Of a DNA stretch of 47,091 nucleotides, positions 9,391-20,702 are shown piece by piece. The notes beneath the pieces were generated by a model. That model made no database searches. It saw only the letters and a list, made by a program, of their open reading frames with translations, and had not been told where the DNA came from. This stretch comes from an uncultured virus (IMG/VR IMGVR_UViG_2124908030_000002) (taxonomy: Duplodnaviria; Heunggongvirae; Uroviricota; Caudoviricetes; Thumleimavirales; Hafunaviridae): IMG/VR virus record IMGVR_UViG_2124908030_000002; one strand, 5' to 3'. Numbering within the stretch: position 1 is the stretch's first letter; every line of letters begins with the position of its first letter. Position numbers and translations under genes: made by a program.

Positions 9391-11796
9391 TGTCTGTCAA
9401 TATTGATTTAGAGCTTCAAGCGGGCGACGTATTAACAGAAATCAACAGTATAGGGAGCGCGCTGAAGGCTCTTGACATGGTTGCTGACGATGTTGATATA
9501 GAAGGCAAAATTGACGATGACGGAATCACCGGAAGCATCGGGAATGTTATCGACCGCCTAGGCGACCTTGACGCTGAGATAGACCGCCTCAGTACGAAGC
9601 TCGATAACGAGCTGAATGGCGTGGACGTATCTGGTGAGCATAAAATCGTCCATGAGCATACTAGCCCTGACGGAGACACCAACAGCGGGGACAGTACCGG
9701 GGGCGACCCGCCCGGTGGTGGTGGGAGAAACATCACCACCGAGAACGGCGCGGCTCTTTCTAAGCCCTCTCTCGAAGCAGCCGAAAAGCATGACCGGAAG
9801 ACCAAGCTCACAGACATGGTTGACGGGCTTTCCATGCGGCAGCTGCTTAACCCCGACTTCGACATTATGGGTGGTCCAAGCAGGGGACGGCTTGACATTC
9901 TGAACGCAGACTTTGCTTCTGTTCTTCGTCCTAACGGCTCAAGGGAGAACAACCTGAACGTTGAGAACCTGCCTGATAATTACAACAGGTTTGACAGAGA
10001 AGACCTTGAAAACCGGGGCTGGAACGACCTTCAGACTCTTGCTTCTAGAGAAAACGTCTACAAAAACACTGACGACGACAAAGACCCCGGTAAAGAGACT
10101 CTTATCGACCGGCTTATGTCTCAAAACTTCAACGAGACACAAATCTATGACCCGCTGACTTCTACTGACGTTCCTGAGTCTCAAGCGGAGATAGACGCAG
10201 CCACGGGCCGCAGTAGCAGCAGAGGCTACATGGGCCTCTCTCCGCTTCTCCAAGACATAGCAGACTCTTGGACACAGGAAATGTACGACGCCTTTGCCGG
10301 GAAAGAAGCCGAGCCGTTCAATAACTTCAACGGCAAAGACGCTTCTCTACTTTCGTTCAACGAGGTGGAAGACATAGCCAGCGGCAGGTCGAGTAGTTCT
10401 ACTCCCCTGCCTGAAGGCGGCCCGCGCCTTCCCGCGACTAAAGCTGAGTTGCGAGACAAGAAGAAATCAATTCTTTCTGCTCGGGACACTTTGGCTGGCG
10501 CAGGATTCTCTTCATTCCGCCGCAACCTCCCTGACAAAGACCTTCGGGAAGTTGATGCCTCGCCAGACAACATTACTGAAGCCTTCAAAAGCAGGACTGG
10601 CATTAACGACGCAGATAAGCGGATGAAGAAGCTTAAGAATACAAACGCCTAAGCTTGGAAGCACTCTCCGTAAGCTCAAGCCGAGCATGAGTACGTACCT
10701 GAACGCGCTTGCGGCCCTCCTTCCGGTGGCTGTCGCACTCGGTACGCAGCTGCTCGGAGTTGCCGCAGCGATGGGCGCTCTCGGTGTTGCCGGTGCGTCA
10801 CTAATCGGACTCGGCCTGATTGGTCACGGTGACTCTATGGCCGGCTCCTTCGCTCAGGCGAAGAACGAGATGCGCGACCTGAAGGAAGAGATGTTCTTCG
10901 CGGCGCAGCCTACGGCGCAGAAGTTCGCTCCGGTTCAGGCTCGAATCTTCGATTCCATCCCCGGCGGCTCGGGTGGTATCTTCGAGGAAATGAAGGGCCT
11001 GACTCAGTTTGAAGGCACCCTCTTCGACCTTGGGTCTGGTCTTGCTGGTGGAATTGAAGAGTTCTTTGCTATCATCAACGGCAACGCAGATGCCATTTCC
11101 AATCTGTCTCGTCGGTTCGGGAACCTGATTGGCACAGGTATTCTGGACTTCTTCGAGTGGTTGATTCAGGAAGCATCAAGGAACCAAGACTTCTTAGTTT
11201 CTCTCGGTAGCGACATGATGATACTGGTCGGAATAGCCTACGACCTTGCGATGGCTATTGCGGCAATAGTATCAGGGCTAACTCCGGTCTTCCAAATTTT
11301 CTCCTTCATTAACGACATCTTGAATAACGGGCTTCTTATCGGATTGGTTGTCCTTATTGGCTACCTCTTTATAATATCTAAAGCAGCTCTTGGAGTCTAC
11401 GCATTAGCAACTGCCTTCAGCGGGTTATCGGCCTTCGCTGCTCAAGCAGGAGGGGCGCTATCCTTCTATACTGGTAGTACACTCCAAGCCGTCGCAGCGA
11501 CGATGGCCCTTGTAGGAGCAATCGGGCTTCTCACACTCGGAACGAGCCTTGCTATTGGGGCCACGGTCGGCGGAGCAGCAGCCGCTAGTGGCGGGATGGA
11601 CCTAGGCAGAGGTTCTAACGGACCCGAACTAGGCGGTGTGGGTGAAGGCGGAAACACCTACAACGACAACCGGAGCTACACGTTCAACCAGCAGGGCGAC
11701 CAAGACTACGCTACGCAGAAGTCGGTAGAGAACACAATCGAGAAAACGGGTAACACCGAGAAGGCGCTCGGACGCCCACCCATCGGCGGAAACTGA
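9390..11796 (+). CDS. tape measure protein (ORFs 9390-10652 and 10687-11796 joined across a 1-nt frameshift)
   Basis: MSVNIDL start; Ala/Gly/Leu-rich hydrophobic C-half. Removing one C at AACGC(C)TAAG (~10649) reads NAKLGSTLRKLKPSM into the second ORF. Confidence 0.75.
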
Positions 11797-11799
11797 TTC

Positions 11800-12399
11800 A
11801 TGGTAAGTCAGAACAACTTTTCGTACACAGACACAGGCGACCCTCAAGACACGGTAGAGCAGACGGAAGCTCACCCGAACAAACAGCTCGGGTTTGAGAT
11901 TTCTCCTGTTGAAGTCTCGTGGGCGTTTGTGCCTCAGTTTTACCCTGAAACCTTCACGCAGATGAAGAAGAAGGAGCTTGACCGCTACGGCGGCAAGTGC
12001 GACGGTGAATCCGTTTCCATCAAGTCGATTAAGAATCGAGAGTTTAACGCAGCCGGCAGACTGCTTCAGGGAGAAGTCAGCATCTTTCAGGCTCTCTCCG
12101 ACATCGACTCGGAGGTAGACCTTATCTCACCGAAAGCGGAACGCGGCGGGATAGAGTGCTTCGTGAAGCAGGCAGAGCTTGGTCAGCAAGTCGGGTGGAA
12201 CCCCCACCACCGGCAGTGGATGTTTGAATACACCATCGACCTTGTTTCGACCGGGCGCGACGAACACGACGACAGCAGCAACAACGACATCGTGACGGCG
12301 CTTATCGACGGCGACGTTTCGGCGCAGGCGGCGCAGCTCGAAGAAGAGAACGGAGCTGACTATGCTGTCCGGACAGGCGGCAACGGTGTTGACAGATGA
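11800..12399 (+). CDS. tail/baseplate protein (tube initiator-like)
   Basis: Synteny after tape measure; FEYTIDLVS C-terminal strand. Confidence 0.45.
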   Translation: MVSQNNFSYTDTGDPQDTVEQTEAHPNKQLGFEISPVEVSWAFVPQFYPETFTQMKKKELDRYGGKCDGESVSIKSIKNREFNAAGRLLQGEVSIFQALSDIDSEVDLISPKAERGGIECFVKQAELGQQVGWNPHHRQWMFEYTIDLVSTGRDEHDDSSNNDIVTALIDGDVSAQAAQLEEENGADYAVRTGGNGVDR

Positions 12400-13787
12400 G
12401 CTGTCGTAACGAGTGGACCATCAGGTTCCCCGAGATAGGTCTGACCCCGTTCGAGGTCCGGCCGATTACGATGAACCTGAAGCTGACGCGGGCGCAGTAC
12501 GACTTCTGCCGCGCTACTTTTTCCGGCGGGGTTGGCGACCAGATGAAGCCAGAGACGAGTAACGGCGGCGTTCTCGATGGCCTCACTCCGGTAGAGGTCT
12601 GCTACAACGGGCAGCCAATCAAGACGCTTCTCTTCCGTCCGGATTGGGTTGACTACAACGACGACCGGACAAGTGTTCAGTTTCACGACATCCAAGAAGC
12701 CCTCGCTAGCGCGAGAGTTGACTACCAGCGAACGGACGTAAAGCTGACCGAAGCCTACAAAGAGGTAGTCAATCAAGCCGGGAACGAGATAATCCCTGAG
12801 CTTACGGAAGAAAACTTCGCCATAGAAGACCACCCCATCAGGGAAGTCTACGGCGACATCCGGAGAACCGGGAAGGAGCGGTACGAAGTGGCGCAGAAGG
12901 ACACGCGGAAGATGGTGGAGTCGAAGTACGCGGTGGACTTTGACAACATCAGCGCAGAGAAGGCGATGGCCGAGCTGAACGACACCTTCAACGTTCAGTC
13001 GTGGTCGGGTAAAGACGGAGAGCTGATAGTCGGCCTTCCTTCAACAAACCCGATAACCCACGTCGCTGCTCAGAGCGACAGTCGGGTGTGGAGATACGAC
13101 AACCCGACAATCAACCACGGGCGAGAACCAGTCAAGCGTATTCTCGTTGAAGGCCCGTGGGCGCACAACGATGCTGTTGAAGGCCCGATTGAGGGCTTCA
13201 AAGAAGTCAAGTCGTGGTTTGATGAAGGCGACGACCGGGGAGCAGCTGACGTCCGGGTCTACGGAGTCGCTGAACGTACCGACATCGACTACGGGACAGT
13301 AGCAACGGCGAAAGTTCCTGAAGGAACCATGTCCTCGATGCCGCAGCTGGCAACGATGGCTCTGAAGCGGGAGATGAAGAAGCAGAACAACGGGACGGTC
13401 AAGATTGACCCCCGCTTGTCTGGCACGGAAGTCAGCCATCCGGTTGACATGAAGCCCGGAGACTACCTTCAGATGGTCCCCCGCGACGAGCAGTTCGACA
13501 ACCCGACAGCAGACTCAGGAACTATTGCGAGCGACCCTGACACGACCGACACCTGCGGTCCAATCACGTACAACGAGACGTACCTGATTAACGAGGTTGA
13601 CCACAACGTCACAAAGGGCGGCTCGTGGAACGTCAACGCTGAGGTGTCTATCTTCCCGAACGTTCCAACTCGGAGCGGGACGGCTTACTACAATCCTGAT
13701 TCAGCTGAATGGCTCGGCGAGAACAAGATAGCAGAAGACGGGCGGCTGAAGGGCGGCTTCGTCACGGAAGAGAAACTATCAATCTAA
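12396..13787 (+). CDS. baseplate hub protein
   Basis: 463 aa; DGELIVG and YLINEVDH patterns; precedes spike. Confidence 0.6.
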   Translation: MSCRNEWTIRFPEIGLTPFEVRPITMNLKLTRAQYDFCRATFSGGVGDQMKPETSNGGVLDGLTPVEVCYNGQPIKTLLFRPDWVDYNDDRTSVQFHDIQEALASARVDYQRTDVKLTEAYKEVVNQAGNEIIPELTEENFAIEDHPIREVYGDIRRTGKERYEVAQKDTRKMVESKYAVDFDNISAEKAMAELNDTFNVQSWSGKDGELIVGLPSTNPITHVAAQSDSRVWRYDNPTINHGREPVKRILVEGPWAHNDAVEGPIEGFKEVKSWFDEGDDRGAADVRVYGVAERTDIDYGTVATAKVPEGTMSSMPQLATMALKREMKKQNNGTVKIDPRLSGTEVSHPVDMKPGDYLQMVPRDEQFDNPTADSGTIASDPDTTDTCGPITYNETYLINEVDHNVTKGGSWNVNAEVSIFPNVPTRSGTAYYNPDSAEWLGENKIAEDGRLKGGFVTEEKLSI

Positions 13788-13788
13788 G

Positions 13789-14256
13789 ATGGAACACGGA
13801 ACAGTAACGACCGTCTACTACAACGACGGTGTTGTCTACTGCGATGTTAGTCCGGTTCGGACCACCGAGCCGTATGATGAAGTCCCGGTGCTGAAGTCTC
13901 ACTCCGGCTTTGTCAAAGTCCCATCAGAGCGCGACACGGTGACGATGGAAGAACTTGCTGACGGAACCAAGTTCATTACCGGCGTCGTCAAGCGCAACAC
14001 CGAGAACCCCTCGGACATGAAGGAGGGCGAAATAGCTATCCAGCTGGACGCTGACACGACCCTCGCCTTCAAGCAGCAGAAGAACGGCGACCACGACGTT
14101 CACATCGGCTCTTCGGGCGACGTGATAATCAACGGTGTCCCGTTCAAGGACCACACCCACCAGCACGACGACGCGACGATAGACGATACTGGTGATGGCT
14201 CCGGAAGCGAATCGACTACAGAGAAACAGACCACCGGGCCGACAACGTTCAACTAA
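13789..14256 (+). CDS. baseplate spike protein
   Basis: N-terminal OB-like region, EGEIAI, and C-terminal HxH metal-binding tip (KDHTHQH). Confidence 0.75.
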   Translation: MEHGTVTTVYYNDGVVYCDVSPVRTTEPYDEVPVLKSHSGFVKVPSERDTVTMEELADGTKFITGVVKRNTENPSDMKEGEIAIQLDADTTLAFKQQKNGDHDVHIGSSGDVIINGVPFKDHTHQHDDATIDDTGDGSGSESTTEKQTTGPTTFN

Positions 14257-14573
14257 TGGATTACTCAATAAACAACGAGTTTGACATTCGGCTTGGCGAG
14301 AACAACTCACCGCAGACGGTCGATGGGCGGCAAGAGTTTGAGGAAGATGTTGTCATTCGGCTTTACAACGACTTCCAAGACGTGATACAGGGCTACAGCA
14401 GCTCCGAGAACGTCACGGAGAAGATTCAGCTGGCCATCAGGCGTCTGGCGGCGGAGTCTGAAATCATCGATTCGGTTAAGCGGATTCTGGTCAGGCGGGC
14501 GGTAGACAGACCCGAGACGGTAATTGTCAAAATAGACTACTCTTCAGGAGAGTCTTTTGAAGAAACACTATAA
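14256..14573 (+). CDS. gp25/gp46-like baseplate wedge (sheath initiator)
   Basis: 105 aa between spike and baseplate J; TVDG...and IVKIDY motifs. Confidence 0.6.
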   Translation: MDYSINNEFDIRLGENNSPQTVDGRQEFEEDVVIRLYNDFQDVIQGYSSSENVTEKIQLAIRRLAAESEIIDSVKRILVRRAVDRPETVIVKIDYSSGESFEETL

Positions 14574-16369
14574 TGCCTATTGAAAACGGAGAATATCAGA
14601 AGCTCACCAAAGAAGAGATTCAGGCTCGTCTAGAGACTGAACTTCTAGAGCAGCTTGATACCACGGCAGAGCTAGGAGACTTGGTGACGCAGCAGCTTGC
14701 CGCCGAAGCTGAAACGCTGGCTAACAATCAAGAACAGGCACTTGAACGGGTCCACAACGCGGCCTACCTCGAAGACGCAACCGGCAGAGAGCTAGAGAAG
14801 GTCGTTGACATAATCGGGCTTCAGCGGCAGCCGGCGGTCGGCGCGACGACCGTGGCCCGCTTCTCGCGGGAGTCCCCGCCGGCAGCGACGTACACAATCC
14901 CGAGTGGAACTGTTGTCCAAACCGGAGGGTCTGACACGATTGAGTACGAAGCTACTCAGCTCGGCGCTCTCCGCTATATCAGCGGCTTCGAGAACGGGAC
15001 GCTCGGTGATTGGGGCGGCGACGTGTCTTCTTTCTCGGTGTCCAACTCGGCGCTTCAGATTCCGGCCACGACTGACGTGAGCATCACGACCGACTACACG
15101 GATTACAAAGTCGGGACGACGTTCTCACTCAGTCTGACACCGGGAACCGGGGCGACAGCCGGCTTCCGCTTCGGCCTTCAGGACCAGTCAAACTACTTCG
15201 AGTGCGAGATTTCCGAAACCGCTCAGGACCTTCACCTTCGCTTGGTGGAAGGCGGGAGCCAGACGGCCATCTCCACGAACAACTCGGCGACAATCCCGAC
15301 GAACGAAGTCCACGTTGAGCTGACGTGGGGACTCCACGGCAGCAGTTCTGTTGCGCTCTACGAGAGCGAGCAGCGAGATGTTGAGCTGTGTTCGACTCAG
15401 CTTGACGCAGACGGCGGGTGGACACGAGGCGCGTTCTCGGTGTCCTCACTCAACGGTGACGCTACGTCTCTGGTAGACGACGTGACCACTCGGGCTGTCC
15501 TGCTGAACGTTCAGGCAGTTGGCTCGGGGCCGGAAACCAACATCGGCCCAACCGCGATTCAGGACTTCAAGGGCGGCGTCACCGGGGTCGAGTCGGTTAG
15601 TAACCCCGTCGCGGCAGGCAACCCGGAGCTTGAGAACACCAACCGCGAAGCCTTCGTCACCGGAGAGAAAGAAGAAGAAGACGAAGAACTTCGGGAGCGA
15701 GCCTTCAACAGCACGGCAATCGGCGGCGCGGCAACTGTCAACGCACTCGATACGGCGCTACGGCAGGTTGAAGGCGTGGAATCTCTCACGCTGAACCGGA
15801 ACCGAGAAGGCAGTATGGTAGACGGGATGCCGGCGAAGTCGTTCGAGCCTGTTGTCTACGGTGGCTCTGACGAAGACGTTGCGAAGGCCATCTTCAACAC
15901 GGCCTCGATTGACTCGAATGACGTGGGCGGCATCAACGGGACTGCCGCGTCCTACACAGTCACATCGGCTGTGACCCAAGACACGGAAGTAATCAACTGG
16001 TCGCGCCCGACGCGGCTTGACCTTACCATCGACCTGAACCTCGTCGTTGACGACACCTATGTCGGCGAAAACGAAATTCGGTCTATCATCGTTGACCACA
16101 TCGGCGGGACGGGGCTTGATGGGACATTCACGAACGGCTTGGATGTTGGCGAAGACATCTACATGGCGGTCCTCGGGCGGAAGATTGTAGACCCCGAGAC
16201 GACCGGCGTGTGGGAAGTTGACAGCACCTCTGTTGACAAAGACGGCGACGGAACTGACGACATCACCACGACGACGAGTGGTGCTGAAATCCTTGCCGTT
16301 AACGATAATGAAGTTACGATTGCGAACGCTCGGGACGGCTCAATTACCGTCACTACTACTCAAAAATAA
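14573..16369 (+). CDS. baseplate J-like protein with inserted beta-sandwich domain
   Basis: AYLEDATGRELE..GLQR, IPSGTVV, V.NP.A and EEDEELRER motifs. Confidence 0.85.
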   Translation: MPIENGEYQKLTKEEIQARLETELLEQLDTTAELGDLVTQQLAAEAETLANNQEQALERVHNAAYLEDATGRELEKVVDIIGLQRQPAVGATTVARFSRESPPAATYTIPSGTVVQTGGSDTIEYEATQLGALRYISGFENGTLGDWGGDVSSFSVSNSALQIPATTDVSITTDYTDYKVGTTFSLSLTPGTGATAGFRFGLQDQSNYFECEISETAQDLHLRLVEGGSQTAISTNNSATIPTNEVHVELTWGLHGSSSVALYESEQRDVELCSTQLDADGGWTRGAFSVSSLNGDATSLVDDVTTRAVLLNVQAVGSGPETNIGPTAIQDFKGGVTGVESVSNPVAAGNPELENTNREAFVTGEKEEEDEELRERAFNSTAIGGAATVNALDTALRQVEGVESLTLNRNREGSMVDGMPAKSFEPVVYGGSDEDVAKAIFNTASIDSNDVGGINGTAASYTVTSAVTQDTEVINWSRPTRLDLTIDLNLVVDDTYVGENEIRSIIVDHIGGTGLDGTFTNGLDVGEDIYMAVLGRKIVDPETTGVWEVDSTSVDKDGDGTDDITTTTSGAEILAVNDNEVTIANARDGSITVTTTQK

Positions 16370-16371
16370 CT

Positions 16372-16743
16372 ATGAGTGAACTTACGACCGCAGGATACCA
16401 GACGCTTCGAGATTACGTCAACAGCAGCAACGCCTCTCCCTCTGCGTGGGATTACATCGAGGTTTACGACGACGCCGGGAACGCGGTAACGCGGGTTTCT
16501 GTCACCAGCGACAGCCGGTGTCAGTGGCTAGATGTTGACGGAGACAAGTCTCTGAAGGTTGAGTTTGTTGTTACCGGGAGTGACGCAGACATGGCTCTTC
16601 CGGTGACGCTTCAGAAGTCTGCTCTTTGGAACGCCTCTTCAGGCGGCTCGCAGACAACCGTGAAAGAGCAGTACGCAAATGCGACCCTGAACCAGTCCGG
16701 CGACACCGTGACGATTACACACACAATCAACATCCCGCAGTAG
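16372..16743 (+). CDS. tail/baseplate-associated protein
   Basis: 123 aa beta-rich; LT..G start and GDTVTITHTI end seen in tail-fibre attachment proteins. Confidence 0.45.
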   Translation: MSELTTAGYQTLRDYVNSSNASPSAWDYIEVYDDAGNAVTRVSVTSDSRCQWLDVDGDKSLKVEFVVTGSDADMALPVTLQKSALWNASSGGSQTTVKEQYANATLNQSGDTVTITHTINIPQ

Positions 16744-16751
16744 ATTAACTA

Positions 16752-19700
16752 ATGGCAGCACCCGCTCCACCTCAAAACGTAACCCCCACAGTCGATGCGA
16801 ACAGCAAGATTACCCTAACGTGGGACTACGACCCGGAATGGTTCGCGTTTGACGGGACCGACACGAGCTACGGCGGGTTCAACGACGGTCTGTGGTACTC
16901 TAGCGGCGACCAAGCAGACAGCTTTGACATCCAGCTTACCCGTGACGGAAACGGGTGGGTAGCCCCCGATGGTGGCTCTGCTAGTGTTAACCACGACGGT
17001 TCAACCAGCTATTCGGGTACCTACGGACTAACAGCGAAAATCCATACGAAGCACAAGTCGGAATTGACTCGTCGTTTAAGTTCCGGGTCCGGGCTGTCAA
17101 CGCAGATGGCTCGTCAAGTTGGGTGACTAGCGGGAAGGTCTACACCGAACCGATTCCGCCGCACAACCCGAGTGTTAGTCGGCCTGACTCGAATACATTT
17201 GACATATCTTGGGAAGACAAATCAGACACCCGAAGTGGATATGACATTGGTGTCCGGAAAGATACTGGAAACGGATATGGAACATGGACTGGATTTGGCT
17301 CAGAATACTCTAGTCTAACAGGAGCAACAATCAGTGTAATTGATGATAGTTTCTTGGAAGAAGATTCGCGCTATCAATTTAGAACCCGAACTTACTTAGG
17401 ATATACCAAACCAGACGGTAATTACGATATAATTTATAGTGATTGGGTCTACGCCGACTACGGCAACGAGAACAACGTCTACTTCGAGGATGACTTCGAG
17501 AGCGGGAATCTAAATTCTTGGGACAACACCAACCTCTCGGGAGATACGGGCGTCCAATCAGTAGCCGGTAATGGCGAACTAACCATCTCAGGCGCCGACA
17601 CAGGGTCATACTACTTCTACGGCGAGGGAACAGGCGGGGACGAGGCGACTTATCTTCAGAAGGACCTCGGCGACCTCTCTGGTGAGTCAGACGTGTTCGT
17701 CCGCTGCGCGTTCGCAGTAGCATCACTCGATGATGGTGGCGAGAACTTCGGCATCTCATGGTACGACGGGTCGTCATGGCAGACTCTTGAACACCGCTAT
17801 TGGTCGCATAATAAGCAAGGCTGGTTCGAGGTTCACGCAGTAGTCCCTTCTTCATGGCTCTCGACGAATAATCAGGTTCGCGTTGGGACGACCACAGATG
17901 GGGGGATGTACGGAGGAGACCACTTCGCAGTGGACCGTGTGGTCGTCTCCGATATTCTTCACGAAGTTACCAAGCCGGCTGCTCCTTCCGGACTGAGTTT
18001 AGATTCGAGTATTGAAGGAGAAATCAACCTGACGTGGACTAATAATGCCGAATTTATAGATACTAATTACGTTGAGTTTAAAAAATCCAGCGGAAATAAT
18101 TTTGATTACCTATTCAATAATGGGGGTTCAGTATCCGGTTTAGATACTTCAACTAAGATTCCTAATCTTCTCGATGGAGAAGAATACGATGTAAAAGTCC
18201 AAACAAAAGTCGNNNNNNNNNNNNNNNNNNNNCGACTCTCTGGTGAGTCGGACGTTCACGTAAGAGCATCTGTTGCTCTTGGTTCTATGGACATAGACCA
18301 CAACGACAAAGTGTTCATACAGTGGTACGACGGCTCTTCGTGGCAGAGAATATGGGAACGTAGGACATATTCCACCGACCTCGTTGACCCGGCTGCTGCT
18401 TACAATAAGCAGGGATGGGTGACTGTCCACGCCACAGTTCCGGACTCATATCTCTCTAGCAATAACAAAGTCAGATTGAATGGTGATGAAATGGGTGACG
18501 GGGACCATGTGGCTTGGGACAACGTGGTCGTGAGCGATATTGTTAACGAAGTTACCAAGCCGGCTGCTCCTTCCGGACTCTCTATTGACAGTTCCGTTGA
18601 AGGAGAGCTTACAGCAAACTACACCGAAAACGCGAGGTTAGGGAATGAAGCAAATTCTCATAGCAAGTCGAAGGTGTACCTAGACGGCAGCAGACTGACC
18701 ACTATTTTTGACCCCGGTGCTGCGTATTCCCCAGCTGACGATGGTGAACAGTACGACTTTGAAACGTTTCATCTTTACTCTCAAGATAGACACGGCTCAC
18801 GAACAGATTGGTTTACGAGCGATAAGATAACTGCTTCTGCCACCACAATTCTCCCCGAACCAACCAACGTCAGCCTAACAGCTGCTAGCGACACCAGCTT
18901 GGACTTGTCGTGGAGCGATGACGCAAACAACGAAGACGGACATGACACATACTACCGAGAGGTAGGAGCTTCAACTTGGAACAGCTTCTCGAACCTCGGG
19001 GCTGACGTTCAAGCCGAGGTAATCACGTCGCTGGTCCAAAACACGGGCTACGAGGCCCGAGTGGACAACTACACGGAACACACCACTTCTAGTAGTCAGG
19101 TCGCGTCGGGAACAACCAACCTCAACGAAGGCCGCTCAACGGCGACCCATAGCTCGTCAGCGGCCTCCTCGTCGTTGCGTGTCACCGACGTTTTGGCCGG
19201 GCCGGACTCACACTCCGGGGTTTCAGATTCTTCTGCGCTGCGCGTCACCGATGTTTTGGCCGGGCCGTCTTCGCACTCCGGGGCGTCGGATTCGAGCAGC
19301 AGCCGGGCAAGTCTGAACTACAGTACCCGGCAACCCGACAGCCACCTCAACACGAGTGGTTCTCTCTCAAAGCGGGTCGTGGACGTGGGCCGCGACCTTC
19401 CCGCGTCTTACCTCTCGGCGTCGGACTCGGGGTCCACACGCACAGTCTCTCTGCTAGCGACCACACAGTCGCATAGCTCGACTCTAGATTCATCTACCCT
19501 ACGGGTCGTGGACCTGATTGGGACCGTCAGCTCGGCGTCCTCGGCGGCAGACAGTAGTGTCTCTACTCTCATCGACATCCTCGTTGAGCCACAGTCAAGT
19601 GTGACTGCTTCGAGCAGCAGCGGCAGAACCGGAGTGAACTACTCGGGAAGGCAGGTCGGCTCCGAGTCGGCAGCAGCAGACAGCGACTCCATCCGGGTCG

Positions 19701-20116
19701 TTGACCTGTTAGAATCTGTCTCGTCGTACAGCAGGCAGTCTCGGGCGTCGGTCTACAACGACAGGACTTCGCTCGAACTGCTTGACCAAAAAATCGAGTG
19801 GGTCGAAAGCGACTCCGCATGGTACACGGGGTGGTTTCAGGAGAGCCGGATTGTTGAATCTGAAGACTCTCTGGCAGTCCGGTCGATGGTTATTGACGAT
19901 GCGAAAGAGCCGGCGGCGACGGTCGTGTTACAGCAGGACCACACCGGCAACGGCAAAGTAGACCACGAGAGCGACCCGGTGCGACTCGGACGGAACCAGT
20001 CGGTCGAAAAGTTCCACGGCGTTCCCGTTGACGAAGATGCGTACTACCGGCTTAAGATAAGCGAATACAGCGGGTACAACTCACTCTACTCGATTGACAC
20101 GGCAATTACACACTAA
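16752..20116 (+). CDS. large virion protein with FN3 and lectin-like domains and a Ser-rich repeat stalk (frameshift ~17027, N-gap 18213-18232)
   Basis: PAPPQNV/PAAPSGL, LTW and YEARV FN3 signatures; a frame switch gives FKFRVRAVNADGSSSW continuing into ORF 17123. Confidence 0.7.
19130..19750 (+). repeat. ~21-aa Ser-rich tandem repeats (S.S..S.S...R..D)
   Basis: gcgtgtcaccgacgttttggccgggccg and gcgcgtcaccgatgttttggccgggccg are 63 bp apart; degenerate copies continue. Confidence 0.7.
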
Positions 20117-20700
20117 TGGAACTAACTGACCAACAGAACCGCGAAGAGATAATCGAGAATTGGGACCACCCGCTTGAACCGCACGAGTCAACGAACCTTT
20201 ACAAGCTGCTTCAGGTTCTTGTCTCCGAGAACGAACGGCTGGACATCGAGCTAGACGGACTGTACGATAACCGCTTCATCGATACGGCGACCGGAACTTC
20301 CCTAGAGAAGATTGGCGACTTAGTTGGTGTCAATCGGAAGACCGGAGAAAAAGATGAGAAGCTGCGGAAGCGAATCAGGGGAGCGTTTGCGGCTCAAGCC
20401 AGCGACACGACCTACGAGTCGTTCGCAAACGCCGCGCTTTCTATCTTAGACAGCTCCCCCGATAATGTCGGCTTTGCGACACCGCCCGAAACCCCGAAGA
20501 AGACTGTTGAGCTTCGGATGGACGGCGGTGACTTTGAAAACAACCCTCTCACCGAAGACGAACTAATTGTCTTGCTGAACGGCGCGCTGAGTATTGACGC
20601 ACAAGTTATTGTGAAACTCACCGGAACGTTCGCTTTCGATGGCGACGACACCTCTCTCGAAGGGTTCGATGAAGGTACGTGGTCTGTCAAGAATAGCTAA
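20116..20700 (+). CDS. baseplate wedge protein (gp48/gpI-like)
   Basis: FIDTATGTSLEKIGDLVGVNR..GE.DE.LRKRI motif; GFDEGTW end. Confidence 0.75.
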   Translation: MELTDQQNREEIIENWDHPLEPHESTNLYKLLQVLVSENERLDIELDGLYDNRFIDTATGTSLEKIGDLVGVNRKTGEKDEKLRKRIRGAFAAQASDTTYESFANAALSILDSSPDNVGFATPPETPKKTVELRMDGGDFENNPLTEDELIVLLNGALSIDAQVIVKLTGTFAFDGDDTSLEGFDEGTWSVKNS

Positions 20701-20702
20701 TA

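Noticed and set aside
10640..10690. Split tape measure gene (also splits in the FN3 gene ~17027, polB ~26390, phosphoesterase ~36340, ATPase ~38785, integrase ~47070)
   Set aside because: Each is fixable by a single-base change, mostly in short runs, in genes expected to be essential. This fits sequencing error better than pseudogenes or programmed frameshifts.
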